A stretch of DNA of 64,000 bases from Actinomycetota bacterium. GTDB lineage: Bacteria > Actinomycetota > Acidimicrobiia > Acidimicrobiales > GCA-2861595. The first letter of the stretch is position 1. Every line of letters begins with the position of its first letter. The stretch covers positions 4,052 through 68,051 of the forward strand of contig JBQTJJ010000033.1 of the NCBI GenBank assembly GCA_052387235.1, written 5' to 3'. The notes below the pieces were generated by a model that saw only the letters and a list, made by a program, of their open reading frames with translations, had not been told where the DNA came from and did not search any database. The position numbers and the translations under genes were made by a program. Below, one piece after another: positions 27,793 to 37,549 of the stretch.

Positions 27793-28560
27793 ATGCTGCT
27801 CGACGGCAAGCGCCTGCTCATCACCGGTGTGCTCACCGAGTCGTCCATCGCCCATGCGGTGGCCAGGGTGGCCCAGGAGCAGGGGGCGGAGATCGTGCTC
27901 ACCTCCTTCGGCCGGCCCATGAACCTCACCAGGCGTGCGGCCAGGCGCCTGCCGCGGCCGCCCGACGTGCTGGAGCTCGATGTCACCGACCCCGAGCACC
28001 TGGGCCGGCTGGCGGGCGAGCTGGAGCAGCGCTGGGACCGCCTCGACGGCGTGGTGCACGCCATCGGCTTCGCGCCCGAGGCCTGCCTGGGGGGCGACTT
28101 CCTGCGGGCCGGCTGGGACGACGTGGCCACGGCCCTGCAGGTGTCCGCCTACTCCCTCAAGGCCCTCACCGAGGCCGCCCTGCCCCTGATGAAGGGAGCG
28201 GGCGGGTCGGTGGTGGCGCTCGACTTCGACGCCCGCCAGGCCTGGCCCGGCTACGACTGGATGGGCGTGGCCAAGGCCGCCCTGGAGTCCACGGCCCGCT
28301 ACCTGGCCCGCGACCTCGGGCCCCTCGGCATCCGCGTGAACCTGGTCTGCGCCGGCCCCATCCGCACGGTGGCGGCCCGCTCCATCCCCGGCTTCGCCGC
28401 CTTCGAGGACGCGTGGGCGGCCCGCGCCCCCCTCGGCTGGGACGTCGGCGACGCCGAGCCCGTGGCCCGGGCCTGCGCCGCCCTGCTGTCCGACTGGTTC
28501 CCCGCCACCACCGGCGAGATGGTCCACGTGGACGGCGGCTACCACGCCATGGGCGCGTGA
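27793..28560 (+). CDS. fabI: Enoyl-ACP reductase (NADH), FabI/InhA type
   Basis: LLDGKRLLITGV...SIA, Y-x6-K region (YDWMGVAKAALES), and a HVDGGYHAMG end. AAGGAG SD before the ATG at 27793. Confidence 0.9.
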   Translation: MLLDGKRLLITGVLTESSIAHAVARVAQEQGAEIVLTSFGRPMNLTRRAARRLPRPPDVLELDVTDPEHLGRLAGELEQRWDRLDGVVHAIGFAPEACLGGDFLRAGWDDVATALQVSAYSLKALTEAALPLMKGAGGSVVALDFDARQAWPGYDWMGVAKAALESTARYLARDLGPLGIRVNLVCAGPIRTVAARSIPGFAAFEDAWAARAPLGWDVGDAEPVARACAALLSDWFPATTGEMVHVDGGYHAMGA

Positions 28561-28607
28561 GGTCGGTCCCGCCCCGCCGCCTCCAGCGACGCCGGTAGCA
28601 TCGGGCA

Positions 28608-29102
28608 GTGGTCGCCGCCCTCGACTCCCTGTTGGCGCGTTCGCGTACGCCGGGCGGGAAGAAGGCGGTGCGCTACATGGCCGTCTCGGTCGTCACCGTG
28701 GCCGTGAGCCAGGTGGCGCTCTTCGGGTTCTACGTGGGCCTGCACTGGACGGCCCGGTCCTCCAACATCGCCGCCTGCGTGATCGGCGGCATCCCGTCGT
28801 ACTACCTCAACCGGCGGTGGACATGGGGGAAGAAGGGCCCCTCCCACCTCCTCAAGGAGGTGCTGCCCTTCTGGGGGCTGGCCTTCCTCGGCCTGGCCTT
28901 CTCCACCTGGGCCGCCGACTTCGCCGAGAGCTGGGCCCACGACGTGACCTCCAGCCGCCTGACCCAGGCCATGATCATCAACACCGCCGTGATCGCCGCC
29001 TTCGGCGTGCTGTGGGTGGCGAAGTTCTTCATCTTCAACAAGGTGCTGTTCGTGCAGGACGAGGACCTGCGGGCCGCCCTGGCCGACGAGATCGTCGCCT
29101 AG
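28608..29102 (+). CDS. GtrA-family membrane protein
   Basis: 164 aa with four TM segments. YYLNRRWTWG and a KFFIFNK end are typical of GtrA-like proteins. Confidence 0.8.
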   Translation: MVAALDSLLARSRTPGGKKAVRYMAVSVVTVAVSQVALFGFYVGLHWTARSSNIAACVIGGIPSYYLNRRWTWGKKGPSHLLKEVLPFWGLAFLGLAFSTWAADFAESWAHDVTSSRLTQAMIINTAVIAAFGVLWVAKFFIFNKVLFVQDEDLRAALADEIVA

Positions 29103-29137
29103 CCGGGCGCCTGGGGCGGTTGCCGTCCCGGGTCGTG

Positions 29138-29166
29138 GGGAAGGAACGCGGACGCGTCCTTTTCCC
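29138..29166 (+). terminator. Candidate intrinsic terminator after the gtrA-like gene
   Basis: Imperfect hairpin GGGAAGGAACGCG-GA-CGCGTCCTTTTCCC with a T-run on the 3' arm, 36 nt after the stop. Confidence 0.35.
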
Positions 29167-29250
29167 GCACCGCTGCGGCCGTGCACCGGGGGTCACAGCT
29201 GCTGCTCCTCCCTCGCGCCCGGAAGCGGCCGAGCGGCTCAGAGCAGAGGA

Positions 29251-29841
29251 GTGATCATGGCTGACAAGAACGGCTTCTGGACCAGCACCAGCGGCGTGGC
29301 CACCGGCCTGGCAGGAACCCTCACCGGCATCGTGGGGATCGCGACCCTCGCCAGCCAGATGGGCTGGATCGGCGACGACGGTGGCGGCACCACCCCCGAC
29401 TCGACCGGGGCGGACGCCGGCTCGTCGTCCGCCACCACCGCGACGGCGGCGGGCGGGGACGGGCCGAGCGGGCTCGGGGACCGCACCAGCTCGTCGTCCC
29501 GGGCCGGCCGGAGCGACGCCGCCGCCGCTCCCTCCTACACGGTGGAGCCGTCCGCCGTCAGCTTCCAGGCGCTCGGCGGCCGCACCGCCACCGTGACGCT
29601 GCGCAACACCGGCACCGTGGACCTCGACGTGGAGGAGATCAGCGTGGACGGGGACGATGCCGGGCAGTTCTCGGTCGAGGCGCCGGCGTGCACGTCGGCC
29701 AGCCTGGGCCCCGGCCGCAGCTGCACCGTCGAGGTGTCGTTCACCCCGGAGGGGAGCAGGGCCGAGGCGGTGCTGGTGGTCGAGGCCGACGGCGCCCCGG
29801 CCCGGGAGGTGGCGCTGTCCGGGCCGTCGTCGCTGCTGTGA
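29251..29841 (+). CDS. Hypothetical membrane-anchored protein with a C-terminal beta-sandwich (choice-of-anchor-D / HYDIN-ASH-like) domain
   Basis: N-terminal hydrophobic segment and a Gly/Ser/Thr/Ala-rich linker. The C-terminal ~100 aa follow the pattern VTLRNTGTVDLDVEEISV.G....F......C.....L.PG.SC.VEV.F.P. The ATG at 29257 is an alternative start. Confidence 0.5.
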   Translation: MIMADKNGFWTSTSGVATGLAGTLTGIVGIATLASQMGWIGDDGGGTTPDSTGADAGSSSATTATAAGGDGPSGLGDRTSSSSRAGRSDAAAAPSYTVEPSAVSFQALGGRTATVTLRNTGTVDLDVEEISVDGDDAGQFSVEAPACTSASLGPGRSCTVEVSFTPEGSRAEAVLVVEADGAPAREVALSGPSSLL

Positions 29842-29856
29842 GCCGGCAGGAGCGGG

Positions 29857-30855
29857 TTGCTCCCATGGGGCCGGCCGCCGGCGCGGCTGCTGCCGCCGGC
29901 CCGGATACGACAGACTCCAGGGGTGGCCAACCCGCTCGGTCGCCTGTCGCTGATCGTGAACCCGCGCGCCGGCGGGCGCCGGTCGAGGGCCGCGCTCCAA
30001 GCCGTGGTGCGGGCCCTGCAGGCACAGGGCCTGGAGCACGACGTGTGGCTCACCGAGAGCCCGGGCCACGCCGGCGCCATCGCCCGCCGGCGCCTGCTGG
30101 AGGGCGGGCGGTTCCTGGTGGCGGTGGGCGGGGACGGCACCGTCCACGAGGTGGTGAACGGGATGCTCGAGGGCGCCGGCGCCGTCCCGGAGGGCGACCG
30201 GCCCGTGCTCGGTGTGGTGGCGGCGGGATCGGGGTGCGACTACATCCGGACCTTCGGCCTCCCGGCCGAGCCGGCCGCGGCCGCGGCCCGGCTGGCAGGC
30301 TCGGCGGTGGTGCCGGTGGACGTGGCCCGCGTCGGCTACGTCGACCGGGACGGCCAGCCGGCCTCCCGACACTTCGTCAACATCGCCGAGGCCGGGCTGG
30401 GCGGGTCGACGGCGCGGCGGGCCGCCGGGCTGCCCCGGTCCCTCGGCCAGAGCCGGTACCTGGTTGCCTTCTGGGCCGTGCTCCCGTCCTACCGGGCCGG
30501 CGACGCCCGCATCGAGGTGGACGGCGAGGCGGCCTACGAGGGCCGGGCCGTGAACGTGGTGATCGCCAACTGCCGGTACTTCGGCGGGGGCATGCACGTC
30601 AGCCCGCGGTCGGAGCCGGGCGACGGGACGCTCGAGCTGCTCGTCTTCAACGGCCGCAAGACCGACTCGTTCACGATGCTGCCCAGGGTCTACCGGGGCC
30701 GGCACCTGCCCCACCGCAACATCGTGGAGCTGCGGGGCCGGCGGTTCGTGGTGGCGGGGGAGCGTCCGCTGGAGGTGGAGGCCGACGGCGAGGTGCTGGG
30801 GACCGGCCCGCTCACCGTCGAGGTCGTGCCCGCCGCCCTCTCCCTCAAGGTCTGA
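29857..30855 (+). CDS. Diacylglycerol/lipid kinase family protein (YegS/BmrU-like)
   Basis: LIVNPRAGG...VAVGGDGTVHEVVNG is the DAGK catalytic motif. Start is uncertain: TTG at 29857 or GTG at 29923. Confidence 0.8.
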   Translation: MLPWGRPPARLLPPARIRQTPGVANPLGRLSLIVNPRAGGRRSRAALQAVVRALQAQGLEHDVWLTESPGHAGAIARRRLLEGGRFLVAVGGDGTVHEVVNGMLEGAGAVPEGDRPVLGVVAAGSGCDYIRTFGLPAEPAAAAARLAGSAVVPVDVARVGYVDRDGQPASRHFVNIAEAGLGGSTARRAAGLPRSLGQSRYLVAFWAVLPSYRAGDARIEVDGEAAYEGRAVNVVIANCRYFGGGMHVSPRSEPGDGTLELLVFNGRKTDSFTMLPRVYRGRHLPHRNIVELRGRRFVVAGERPLEVEADGEVLGTGPLTVEVVPAALSLKV

Positions 30856-30922
30856 GCGCGGTGTCTGCGGGGGTTGGAACGATCATCGACGGTATGGCCC
30901 GAAACGAGCATGGAGGTGCCCT

Positions 30923-31183
30923 GTGAAGTGCCCCGTTGACAGCGCGACGCTGCTCATCTCCGAGCGCCAAGGCGTGGAGATCGACTACTGCCCCGAGTGC
31001 CGCGGTGTGTGGCTCGACCGCGGCGAGCTCGACAAGCTCCTCCGCCAGGCCGACGACGGCTGGGACGACGATCCCAGGTCACGACACCAGCCGGAGCAAC
31101 GCCGCGACCATGATCGCCACGACGCCTCTCCACCCAGGAAGAAGAAGAAGGGGTGGCTGAGCGACATGTTCGAGCTCGACTGA
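30923..31183 (+). CDS. TFIIB-type zinc-ribbon protein
   Basis: KCPVDSATL...IDYCPECRGVWLDRGELDKL (CPxx...CPxC ribbon), then a charged tail ending KKKKGWLSDMFELD. 86 aa, GTG start. Confidence 0.75.
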   Translation: MKCPVDSATLLISERQGVEIDYCPECRGVWLDRGELDKLLRQADDGWDDDPRSRHQPEQRRDHDRHDASPPRKKKKGWLSDMFELD

Positions 31184-31255
31184 CCGCGTCCGCTCCACGG
31201 GGCGCCGATCGCCGCCACCAGCCGGCGGGCGGGCCCGGCGCGGGATACTGGCCCG

Positions 31256-32368
31256 GTGGACGCGCGCCGCCGGATCGTGGAGCGGGGGCTGGTGGCGGAT
31301 GCCGTCTCGCTGCTCGCCGACCGGGCCCTGGGGGCGCTGCCCCTCGAGGCCCTGGGGCCCACCAAGGCGCTGCTGAAGCGGTACTTCTCGGTCGCCGGCT
31401 GGGGGCCGGGAGACGACGACGCCCTGGCCGCCGCCGTGGGCCCGGGAGAGGGGTGGTGGCGCGAGCCGCTGGCCGGCGACCTGGCCCTGGTCTTCGGGTG
31501 GGAGGGCGGCCGGTTCCGGCTGGCGGCCGAGGGGACCGGGGAGGCGCCACCGGGACCACGGGCGCCGGCGACCTCGGCCCTGGCGGCCTCGTTCGAGGGG
31601 CCCATCGTGCCCGAGGCCACGCCCAACCCCCGGACCCTGGTGTTCCGCACCGGCGCCATGGCAGAGGGCGAGAGCCGCGAGTTCCGCTCGGGCGAGGAGG
31701 CGGGCGACCCAAGGGTGCGCCGGCTGCTGGACGCCTTCCCGGACCTGTCGACGGTGCTGGTGGCCCGGGACTTCGTGGCCCTCACGCTGCGCCACCCCGA
31801 CCGCTGGGAGGCGCTGCTGGGCCCGGTCCTGGAGGTGGTGACGGAGGAGTTCGCCGGCGCCGGGGAGCCGGTGGCCGGGCCCGACGCCGTCGCGGGCCCG
31901 GATGTGCGGGCCGGCGGCGCCGGCGGCTCGCACGAGGGTCGCGACCGCCAGACCAGGCTGGACCGGGCCTGGGCCGAGCTGCGCCGGCTGCGGCCCGGGC
32001 TGGAGGCCGACCTGGCCGTGCTCCTCGAGGCCGCGTCCGGCCCGGACGCGGCCCGCCGTCAGGTTGCCGCCGGCCTGCTGGGCGAGGCCCGGCCCGAGGC
32101 CGCCCTGGCGGCGTGGACGGCGCTGGTGGGCGACGCCAGCCGGCTGGTGCGCCGGGCGGCCGTCGACGCGGTGGTGGACGCCGGCCGCCCCGAGCTGCGC
32201 CCCCTGCTGGAGCGGGCTCTGGCCGACGGCGACGCCTGGGTCCGCTGGAAGGCGCTGCGGGGCCTGCACGAGCTGGGGCCGGAGCCCAGCCGTCCCGCCA
32301 TCCAGGCCCGCCTCGACGACCCCGACTTCCGGGTCCGCCTGGAGGCCGAGGCCGCCCTCCGCTCCTGA
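31256..32368 (+). CDS. Nfu_N-like scaffold domain plus HEAT-repeat protein (CvfC/'virulence factor' domain-like architecture)
   Basis: The central segment TPNPRTLVFRTG...VLVARDFVALTL...W resembles the Nfu/NifU N-terminal domain. The C-terminus has HEAT-like repeats (VRRAAVDAVV, DAWVRWKALRGL, DFRVRLEAEAAL). Confidence 0.6.
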   Translation: MDARRRIVERGLVADAVSLLADRALGALPLEALGPTKALLKRYFSVAGWGPGDDDALAAAVGPGEGWWREPLAGDLALVFGWEGGRFRLAAEGTGEAPPGPRAPATSALAASFEGPIVPEATPNPRTLVFRTGAMAEGESREFRSGEEAGDPRVRRLLDAFPDLSTVLVARDFVALTLRHPDRWEALLGPVLEVVTEEFAGAGEPVAGPDAVAGPDVRAGGAGGSHEGRDRQTRLDRAWAELRRLRPGLEADLAVLLEAASGPDAARRQVAAGLLGEARPEAALAAWTALVGDASRLVRRAAVDAVVDAGRPELRPLLERALADGDAWVRWKALRGLHELGPEPSRPAIQARLDDPDFRVRLEAEAALRS

Positions 32369-32410
32369 CCCGGCCGGGCCCGCCGTCGGGGGGGCGGAAC
32401 GTGCCACCGG

Positions 32411-33160
32411 GTGGTTGCAGAGCCGGCAGGGGCGGCCGGCCCACCGGCGCCGGCCGGGCGCGGCACGGGGCGCCGGGAGGAACAGGATCGCTTCGGCCCG
32501 TCCGTGGGTAGGACGCAGCCTGTGCGCCCGAACCTGCCGGCCGTCGACGTCGTCGCGGCCGCCACCGTCTCCCCGCTGACGCTGCCGCCCGTCACCCGGG
32601 TGGCCTTCCGGGCCGCCCTGGCCCGGGAGCTGTCGCGGCGGAGCCGGGCCGTGCTTGGCGCCGTCCTCGCCACCGTCCTCGCCGCCGCCCTCCTCGTCGC
32701 CAACCGGACGCCGGCGGCGAGGGCGGAGTCGATCCGGGCCAAGGCCGTGGCCCCCTCGCCGGTCCCCTCGCCGGCGCCCGCCCCGGCCACGCCCGCCCAC
32801 CGCTACGGCGCCCTGGCCCGGCAGGCCGCCGCCACCTGCCCGGGGCTGCCCGCCGGCGTCCTCTACGCCATCGCCCAGACCGAGACCCGCCACGGGGTCG
32901 ACACCGCCGTGTCCACCGCCGGCGCCGTCGGTCCCATGCAGTTCCTCCCGGCCACCTGGAAGGCCTACGCCATCGACGGCGACGGCGACGGGAGGGCCCT
33001 GATGGGCAGCCCGGCCGACGCCGTCCACACCGCCGCCAACCACCTGTGCGCCAACGGCGGCGCCGACCCCCGCCGGCTCCGGGACGCCATCTGGAACTAC
33101 AACCACTCCGACGCCTACGTCGACGAGGTGCTGCGGATCGCGGGCTCCTACTCGCCGTGA
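32411..33160 (+). CDS. Membrane-anchored lytic transglycosylase (SLT-like)
   Basis: One TM segment and a Pro-rich linker. The catalytic region reads LYAIAQTETRHG...GAVGPMQFLPATW...YNHSDAYV. Start is uncertain: GTG at 32411 or GTG at 32522. Confidence 0.7.
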   Translation: MVAEPAGAAGPPAPAGRGTGRREEQDRFGPSVGRTQPVRPNLPAVDVVAAATVSPLTLPPVTRVAFRAALARELSRRSRAVLGAVLATVLAAALLVANRTPAARAESIRAKAVAPSPVPSPAPAPATPAHRYGALARQAAATCPGLPAGVLYAIAQTETRHGVDTAVSTAGAVGPMQFLPATWKAYAIDGDGDGRALMGSPADAVHTAANHLCANGGADPRRLRDAIWNYNHSDAYVDEVLRIAGSYSP

Positions 33161-33187
33161 CCCGCGCGGTCGGCGGGGCGGGGAGGG

Positions 33188-34663
33188 TCAGGCCCCGCGC
33201 CGGCGCCGGCCGCCCCACGCGCCGGCCACGGCGCCGGCCGCCAGTGCCAGCACCGGGAGGTCGCCGGAGCGGGTGTAGAGCGTGCGGCCGGTGCGCAGGG
33301 TCGCGGTGGTGTGGAGCACGGCCCGGGCGCCCAGGGTGGAGCGGGCCCGCACCCGGCCCCGGTTGTCGATGACGGCGCTGTAGCCGGTGGGTGCGGCCTG
33401 GAGCAGGTCGCGCCCGCTCTCGATGGCCCGCAGGCGGGCCGTGGCCACCTGCTGGCTGGGCACCTGGCTCGTGCTGTAGGAGGCGGCGTTGGTGGGCACC
33501 AGGAGCAGGTCGCCCCCGGCCCGCACCGCGGCCCGCGCCCGGCCCGCGAAGAACACCTCGTACGACACCATCACGCCGAAGTCGCCGGCCGGCGTGCGCA
33601 CCAGGCCCGGGCCCCGCCCCGGGATGGCGTCGCGCGGCACCTCCGACAGGTCGGCGAAGCGGTCGAAGAAGCGCCGGCCCGGGACGTACTCGCCGAACGG
33701 GACCCGGTGCACCTTCTCGAAGCGGTCCACGATGGCGCCGTCCGGGCCCCATGCCACCGCCGCGTTCCGGAAGCGGTCGGCGCCGGCCCCCTCGACCACG
33801 CCGGCGACCAGGGTGGCGCCGGCGGCCCGGGCCACCTCCGCCACCTGCGACCCCTCGGACGTCCGGGCCACCGGGCCCTCCACGTCGATGACGTCCTCGG
33901 GCCAGACCACCAGGTCCACCGGCCCCTGCACACCGGCGCTGGCGGCCAGGTGGCGCTCGAAGACCTCGTCCGATCCGCCGTCGACCGCCCTGAACCCGCG
34001 CGGGCCGCCGCCCTGGACCAGCGCGGCCCGCAGCGGCTCCCCGCCCCCGCCGTCGGGCGCCGCCGCCCCCCCGGCCACGCCCGCGATGGCCAGGGCCAGG
34101 GCCCCGCCCGCAGCGAGCCACCGCCGGCCCGCCGCCGCCGCCACGCCCCCGCCCAGCAGCGCCACCAGCGCCAGCACGAGCAGCGGCCCGCCCACCCGCG
34201 CCGTGCCGGCCAGCGGGCCCCCGGCCTGGCCCAGGGCCAGCCCCGCCATGGGCAGGCCCCCGAACGGCACGGCGCCCCGCGCCGCCTCTGCGATCACCAG
34301 GGCCCCGGGCAGCGCCGCCTGCCCCCGGCGACCGGGCGGCGTGGCCGCGGCCGCCGCCATGACGAACAGCGTCTCCAGCACCACCACCAGGACGGCGCCG
34401 GGCCGGCTGAACTCGCCCATCCACCACAGCCCCACGCCGAAGAAGCCGGACCCCCACGCCGCGCCCACCGCCGCCCGGCCCCTCGCCGCCCGGCCCGCCA
34501 GCAGCGCCGACAGCCCGGCCACGCCGGCGATCCCGAGCGGCCACCATCCCCACGGTGGCAGCGAGAACGCCGCCACCAGCCCGGCCAGCACCGCCGCCCC
34601 CGTCCGCCCGCGGCGCGAGAGCCCGCCGCCGGCCGGCGGCGTGCCGGGTATCGGCTCGGTCAA
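33188..34663 (-). CDS. lnt: Apolipoprotein N-acyltransferase
   Basis: Polytopic N-terminus with FSLPPWGWWPL, and a C-terminal CN-hydrolase domain (VMVSYEVFF, LLLVPTNAASY). TTG start overlaps the upstream stop (TTGA). Confidence 0.85.
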   Translation of the reverse strand: MTEPIPGTPPAGGGLSRRGRTGAAVLAGLVAAFSLPPWGWWPLGIAGVAGLSALLAGRAARGRAAVGAAWGSGFFGVGLWWMGEFSRPGAVLVVVLETLFVMAAAAATPPGRRGQAALPGALVIAEAARGAVPFGGLPMAGLALGQAGGPLAGTARVGGPLLVLALVALLGGGVAAAAGRRWLAAGGALALAIAGVAGGAAAPDGGGGEPLRAALVQGGGPRGFRAVDGGSDEVFERHLAASAGVQGPVDLVVWPEDVIDVEGPVARTSEGSQVAEVARAAGATLVAGVVEGAGADRFRNAAVAWGPDGAIVDRFEKVHRVPFGEYVPGRRFFDRFADLSEVPRDAIPGRGPGLVRTPAGDFGVMVSYEVFFAGRARAAVRAGGDLLLVPTNAASYSTSQVPSQQVATARLRAIESGRDLLQAAPTGYSAVIDNRGRVRARSTLGARAVLHTTATLRTGRTLYTRSGDLPVLALAAGAVAGAWGGRRRRGA

Positions 34664-35592
34664 GCGAGGCGGGGCAGCGATTGCTCGAGCTCGTCGAGCG
34701 GGGCGAACAGGTCGCCGTGCTCCGCCACCCGGGCCGCGACGGCGCCGGCGTCGAACACGAGCCGGTCCGGATCACCCGACTCGGCCGTGGCCGCCACCTC
34801 GTCCCACGTCACCGGCGTGGAGACGGTGGGCCGGGGCCGGGCCCGCAGCGAGTAGACGCACACGGTGGTCTTGTGCCGGTCGTTCTGGCTCCAGTCGATG
34901 AACACCTTGCCGCCGCGCAGCTCCTTCTTCATGCTCGACACCACCAGGTCCGGCGACTGGCGCTCCAGCAGCTGGGCCACGGTGAGGGCGAAGTCCTTGG
35001 TGCCGCCCTCGTAGGTGACGGGCGTGTTGAGCGGCGCGTAGAGCTGGAGGCCCTTGGAGCCCGACGTCTTCGCCATGCTCTCGAGGCCGAGCTGCTCGAA
35101 CAGCTCGCGGATGCGCAGCGCCACCCGGCAGCACTCCACCACGGTGGCCGGCGGCCCCGGGTCGAGGTCGAACACGACCATGGTGGGCTGCTCGATCCTG
35201 GCGGCCCGGGACAGCGACGTGTGCAGCTCGAGCGCCGCCAGGTTGGCCACCCACACCAGGCCGGGCAGGTCGTCGATCACGCAGTACGACACCGTGTCCT
35301 GGTTGCGCCCGCTCCGGATGGGCGCCACCTGCACCCAGTCGGGCCGATGCTTGGGGCAGCGCTTCTCGTAGAAGAACTGGCCGTCCACGCCGTCGGGGTA
35401 GCGCTTGAGGGTGAGGGGCCGGCCCCGCAGGTGTGCGACGAGGGCCGGCGCCACCTGGCGGTAGTAGTCGATCACCTGGCCCTTGGTGAAGCCGACCTCG
35501 GGGTAGAGGACCTTGTCGAGGTTGGACAGCCCGAGCCGGCGGCCCTCGACCTCGACGGTGAGCGTGGTCGACTGGGCCGGCCGCTCAGGCAC
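34660..35592 (-). CDS. Stand-alone LigD polymerase/primase (PolDom) for NHEJ
   Basis: The LSNLDKVLYPE...TKGQVIDYY...LTLKRYPDG...FFYEKRCP...SGSKGLQLY pattern is characteristic of LigD Pol domains. 310 aa. Confidence 0.9.
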   Translation of the reverse strand: MPERPAQSTTLTVEVEGRRLGLSNLDKVLYPEVGFTKGQVIDYYRQVAPALVAHLRGRPLTLKRYPDGVDGQFFYEKRCPKHRPDWVQVAPIRSGRNQDTVSYCVIDDLPGLVWVANLAALELHTSLSRAARIEQPTMVVFDLDPGPPATVVECCRVALRIRELFEQLGLESMAKTSGSKGLQLYAPLNTPVTYEGGTKDFALTVAQLLERQSPDLVVSSMKKELRGGKVFIDWSQNDRHKTTVCVYSLRARPRPTVSTPVTWDEVAATAESGDPDRLVFDAGAVAARVAEHGDLFAPLDELEQSLPRLA

Positions 35593-35616
35593 GAGCGGCG
35601 GCCACCGGCCGGAGCG

Positions 35617-36450
35617 TCACGACGCCTTCTGCTCCTTGCCGCCCTCGGCCTTGGCGCCGTCCTTCGCCTTCTCTCCCTTGGCCGCGGCCAGGGAGGCCTC
35701 GAGCGCGGCCATGAGGTCGACCACCGGTGTGGCCGCCCTGGTCTCGGGCTGGGCCACCAGCTCCTTGCCCTCCGCCTTCTGCTCGATCATCTCCAGGACC
35801 TTCTCCCGGTACGTGTCCTCGTACTTGGAGGGGTCGAAGTCGCCGGAGAGCGACTCGATCAGCTGCTGGGCCATCTTGAGCTCGCGGTCGCTCACGTTGG
35901 CCGACGGGCCGGGGAGGCCCTCGAGCTCGCTCTCGGGCACCACCTCGTCGGCGAAGTTCATGGTGGACATGACCAGCGCGTTCTCCACCGGCCGGATCGC
36001 CACCAGGTACTGCTTGGTGCGCATGACCACCCGGGCGATGCCCACCTTGCCCGAGTCGCGCATGGCCTCCAGCAGCAGCCGGTAGGCCTTCTCGCCCCGG
36101 TCGTCGGGCAGCACGTAGTACGACGAGTCGAAGAAGAGCGGGTCGATCTGGTCCAGGTCCACGAAGTCCTCGATGTCGATCGTGTGCGTGCTCTCCGGGT
36201 CGAGGGCCTCCAGCTCCTCGGGATCGATGAGCACGTACTGGCCCTTTGCGATCTCGTAGCCCTTGACGATGTCCTCGTACGCCACCTCCTCGCCGTCGGC
36301 CGAGCACACCCGCTTCTGGTTGATGCGGGCCCCGTCCGAGCGGTGCAGCTGGTGGAACCGCACGTCCTTCTTGCGCACGGCGGTGAACAGCTTCACGGGG
36401 ACGTTCACCAGCCCGAAGCTGATGGCGCCACCCCATATCGACCTGGCCAT
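35617..36450 (-). CDS. ku: Ku DNA end-binding protein
   Basis: MARSIWGGAISFGLVNVPVKLFTA is the canonical bacterial Ku N-terminus, with a Lys/Ala-rich basic tail. Confidence 0.95.
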   Translation of the reverse strand: MARSIWGGAISFGLVNVPVKLFTAVRKKDVRFHQLHRSDGARINQKRVCSADGEEVAYEDIVKGYEIAKGQYVLIDPEELEALDPESTHTIDIEDFVDLDQIDPLFFDSSYYVLPDDRGEKAYRLLLEAMRDSGKVGIARVVMRTKQYLVAIRPVENALVMSTMNFADEVVPESELEGLPGPSANVSDRELKMAQQLIESLSGDFDPSKYEDTYREKVLEMIEQKAEGKELVAQPETRAATPVVDLMAALEASLAAAKGEKAKDGAKAEGGKEQKAS

Positions 36451-36494
36451 GGCTCCATTGTCCCCCGGAACGGTGCCGGGCTACCAGGGACGGG

Positions 36495-37526
36495 TCACAG
36501 GCGGACGCGCAGGCCGGGCGGGCGCAGGTCGAAGGCGGCCTGCAGATCCTCGTCGGCCACGACGGCGGCCGGGTCGAGATCGGTGCGGAACCCCTGCAGG
36601 GTGGGGTGGCGCAGAGTGCCCCCCTCGGTGACCTGGGAGTAGCCGACCTCGGCCACCAGCAGCGGCTCCACGAAGCGCACGCCGTCGAGGGGGTCGGCGA
36701 ACGGGTTCTCGCTCCGGGCCGTCCGCTCGAACACGGTGGCGAGCTGGCGGATCCAGGCCTCGGTGAGGCCCGATCCCACCGCGCCGGTGAAGCGCAGCCG
36801 GGCGTCGCTCCCGCCCGTGGCGCGGTCGAGCCCGTACAGCCCCACCGCCAGCGACCCGATCGACCCCCGCCGGCCGCCCGAGCCCGGGACCCAGCCCCCC
36901 ACCACCAGCTCCCGGCGCCGGACGCACTTGAGCTTCACCCACGCCGTCGACCGCCGCCCCGGGAGGTAGGGGGCGTCGGCCCGCTTGATCATGCAGCCCT
37001 CCATGCCGACCAGCCGGCACGCCTCCAGCAGCTCGTCCACCGGCGCCGGCGGCATGAGCGGGGTGGTGCGCCAGGGTGGGGCGTCGATGCCCAGCTCCTC
37101 CAGCGCGGCCCGGCGCTGGGCGGTGGTGCGGCCGGTGAGGGCCTCGCCGTCGAGCCAGAGGAGGTCGAACACGATGCCCTCCACCGGCACCCGGGCCACG
37201 AGCTCGGCGGTCGGCGAGCTCACGTGCATGCGCCGCTGGAGTTGCTGGAAGCTGGGACGGCCCTTGCCGTCGAACGTGACGATCTCCGCGTCGAGCACGG
37301 CCGACCGCCCTCCCAGCGCCGCCGCCAGGCCGGCCAGCTCGGGGTAGTGCGAGGTCACGTCCCGCCCGTTGCGGCTGGTGAGGCGCACGGCGCCGTCGTG
37401 GACGGTGACGATGACCCGGACACCGTCCCACTTCGGCTCGACCAGGTGGCCCGACAGGTCGCGGGGCGCCCGGGTGCCGCCGGCCAGCATGGGCGCCAGG
37501 ACGGGGGGCGCCGGCGGGGTGGCCAC
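36495..37526 (-). CDS. ATP-dependent DNA ligase (LigD ligase-domain / LigC-like)
   Basis: Adenylation motif I EPKWDGVR, followed by an OB-fold region. 343 aa. Adjacent to ku. Confidence 0.9.
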   Translation of the reverse strand: MATPPAPPVLAPMLAGGTRAPRDLSGHLVEPKWDGVRVIVTVHDGAVRLTSRNGRDVTSHYPELAGLAAALGGRSAVLDAEIVTFDGKGRPSFQQLQRRMHVSSPTAELVARVPVEGIVFDLLWLDGEALTGRTTAQRRAALEELGIDAPPWRTTPLMPPAPVDELLEACRLVGMEGCMIKRADAPYLPGRRSTAWVKLKCVRRRELVVGGWVPGSGGRRGSIGSLAVGLYGLDRATGGSDARLRFTGAVGSGLTEAWIRQLATVFERTARSENPFADPLDGVRFVEPLLVAEVGYSQVTEGGTLRHPTLQGFRTDLDPAAVVADEDLQAAFDLRPPGLRVRL

Positions 37527-37549
37527 GCCCCGAGGCTACGGGCCCGGCG

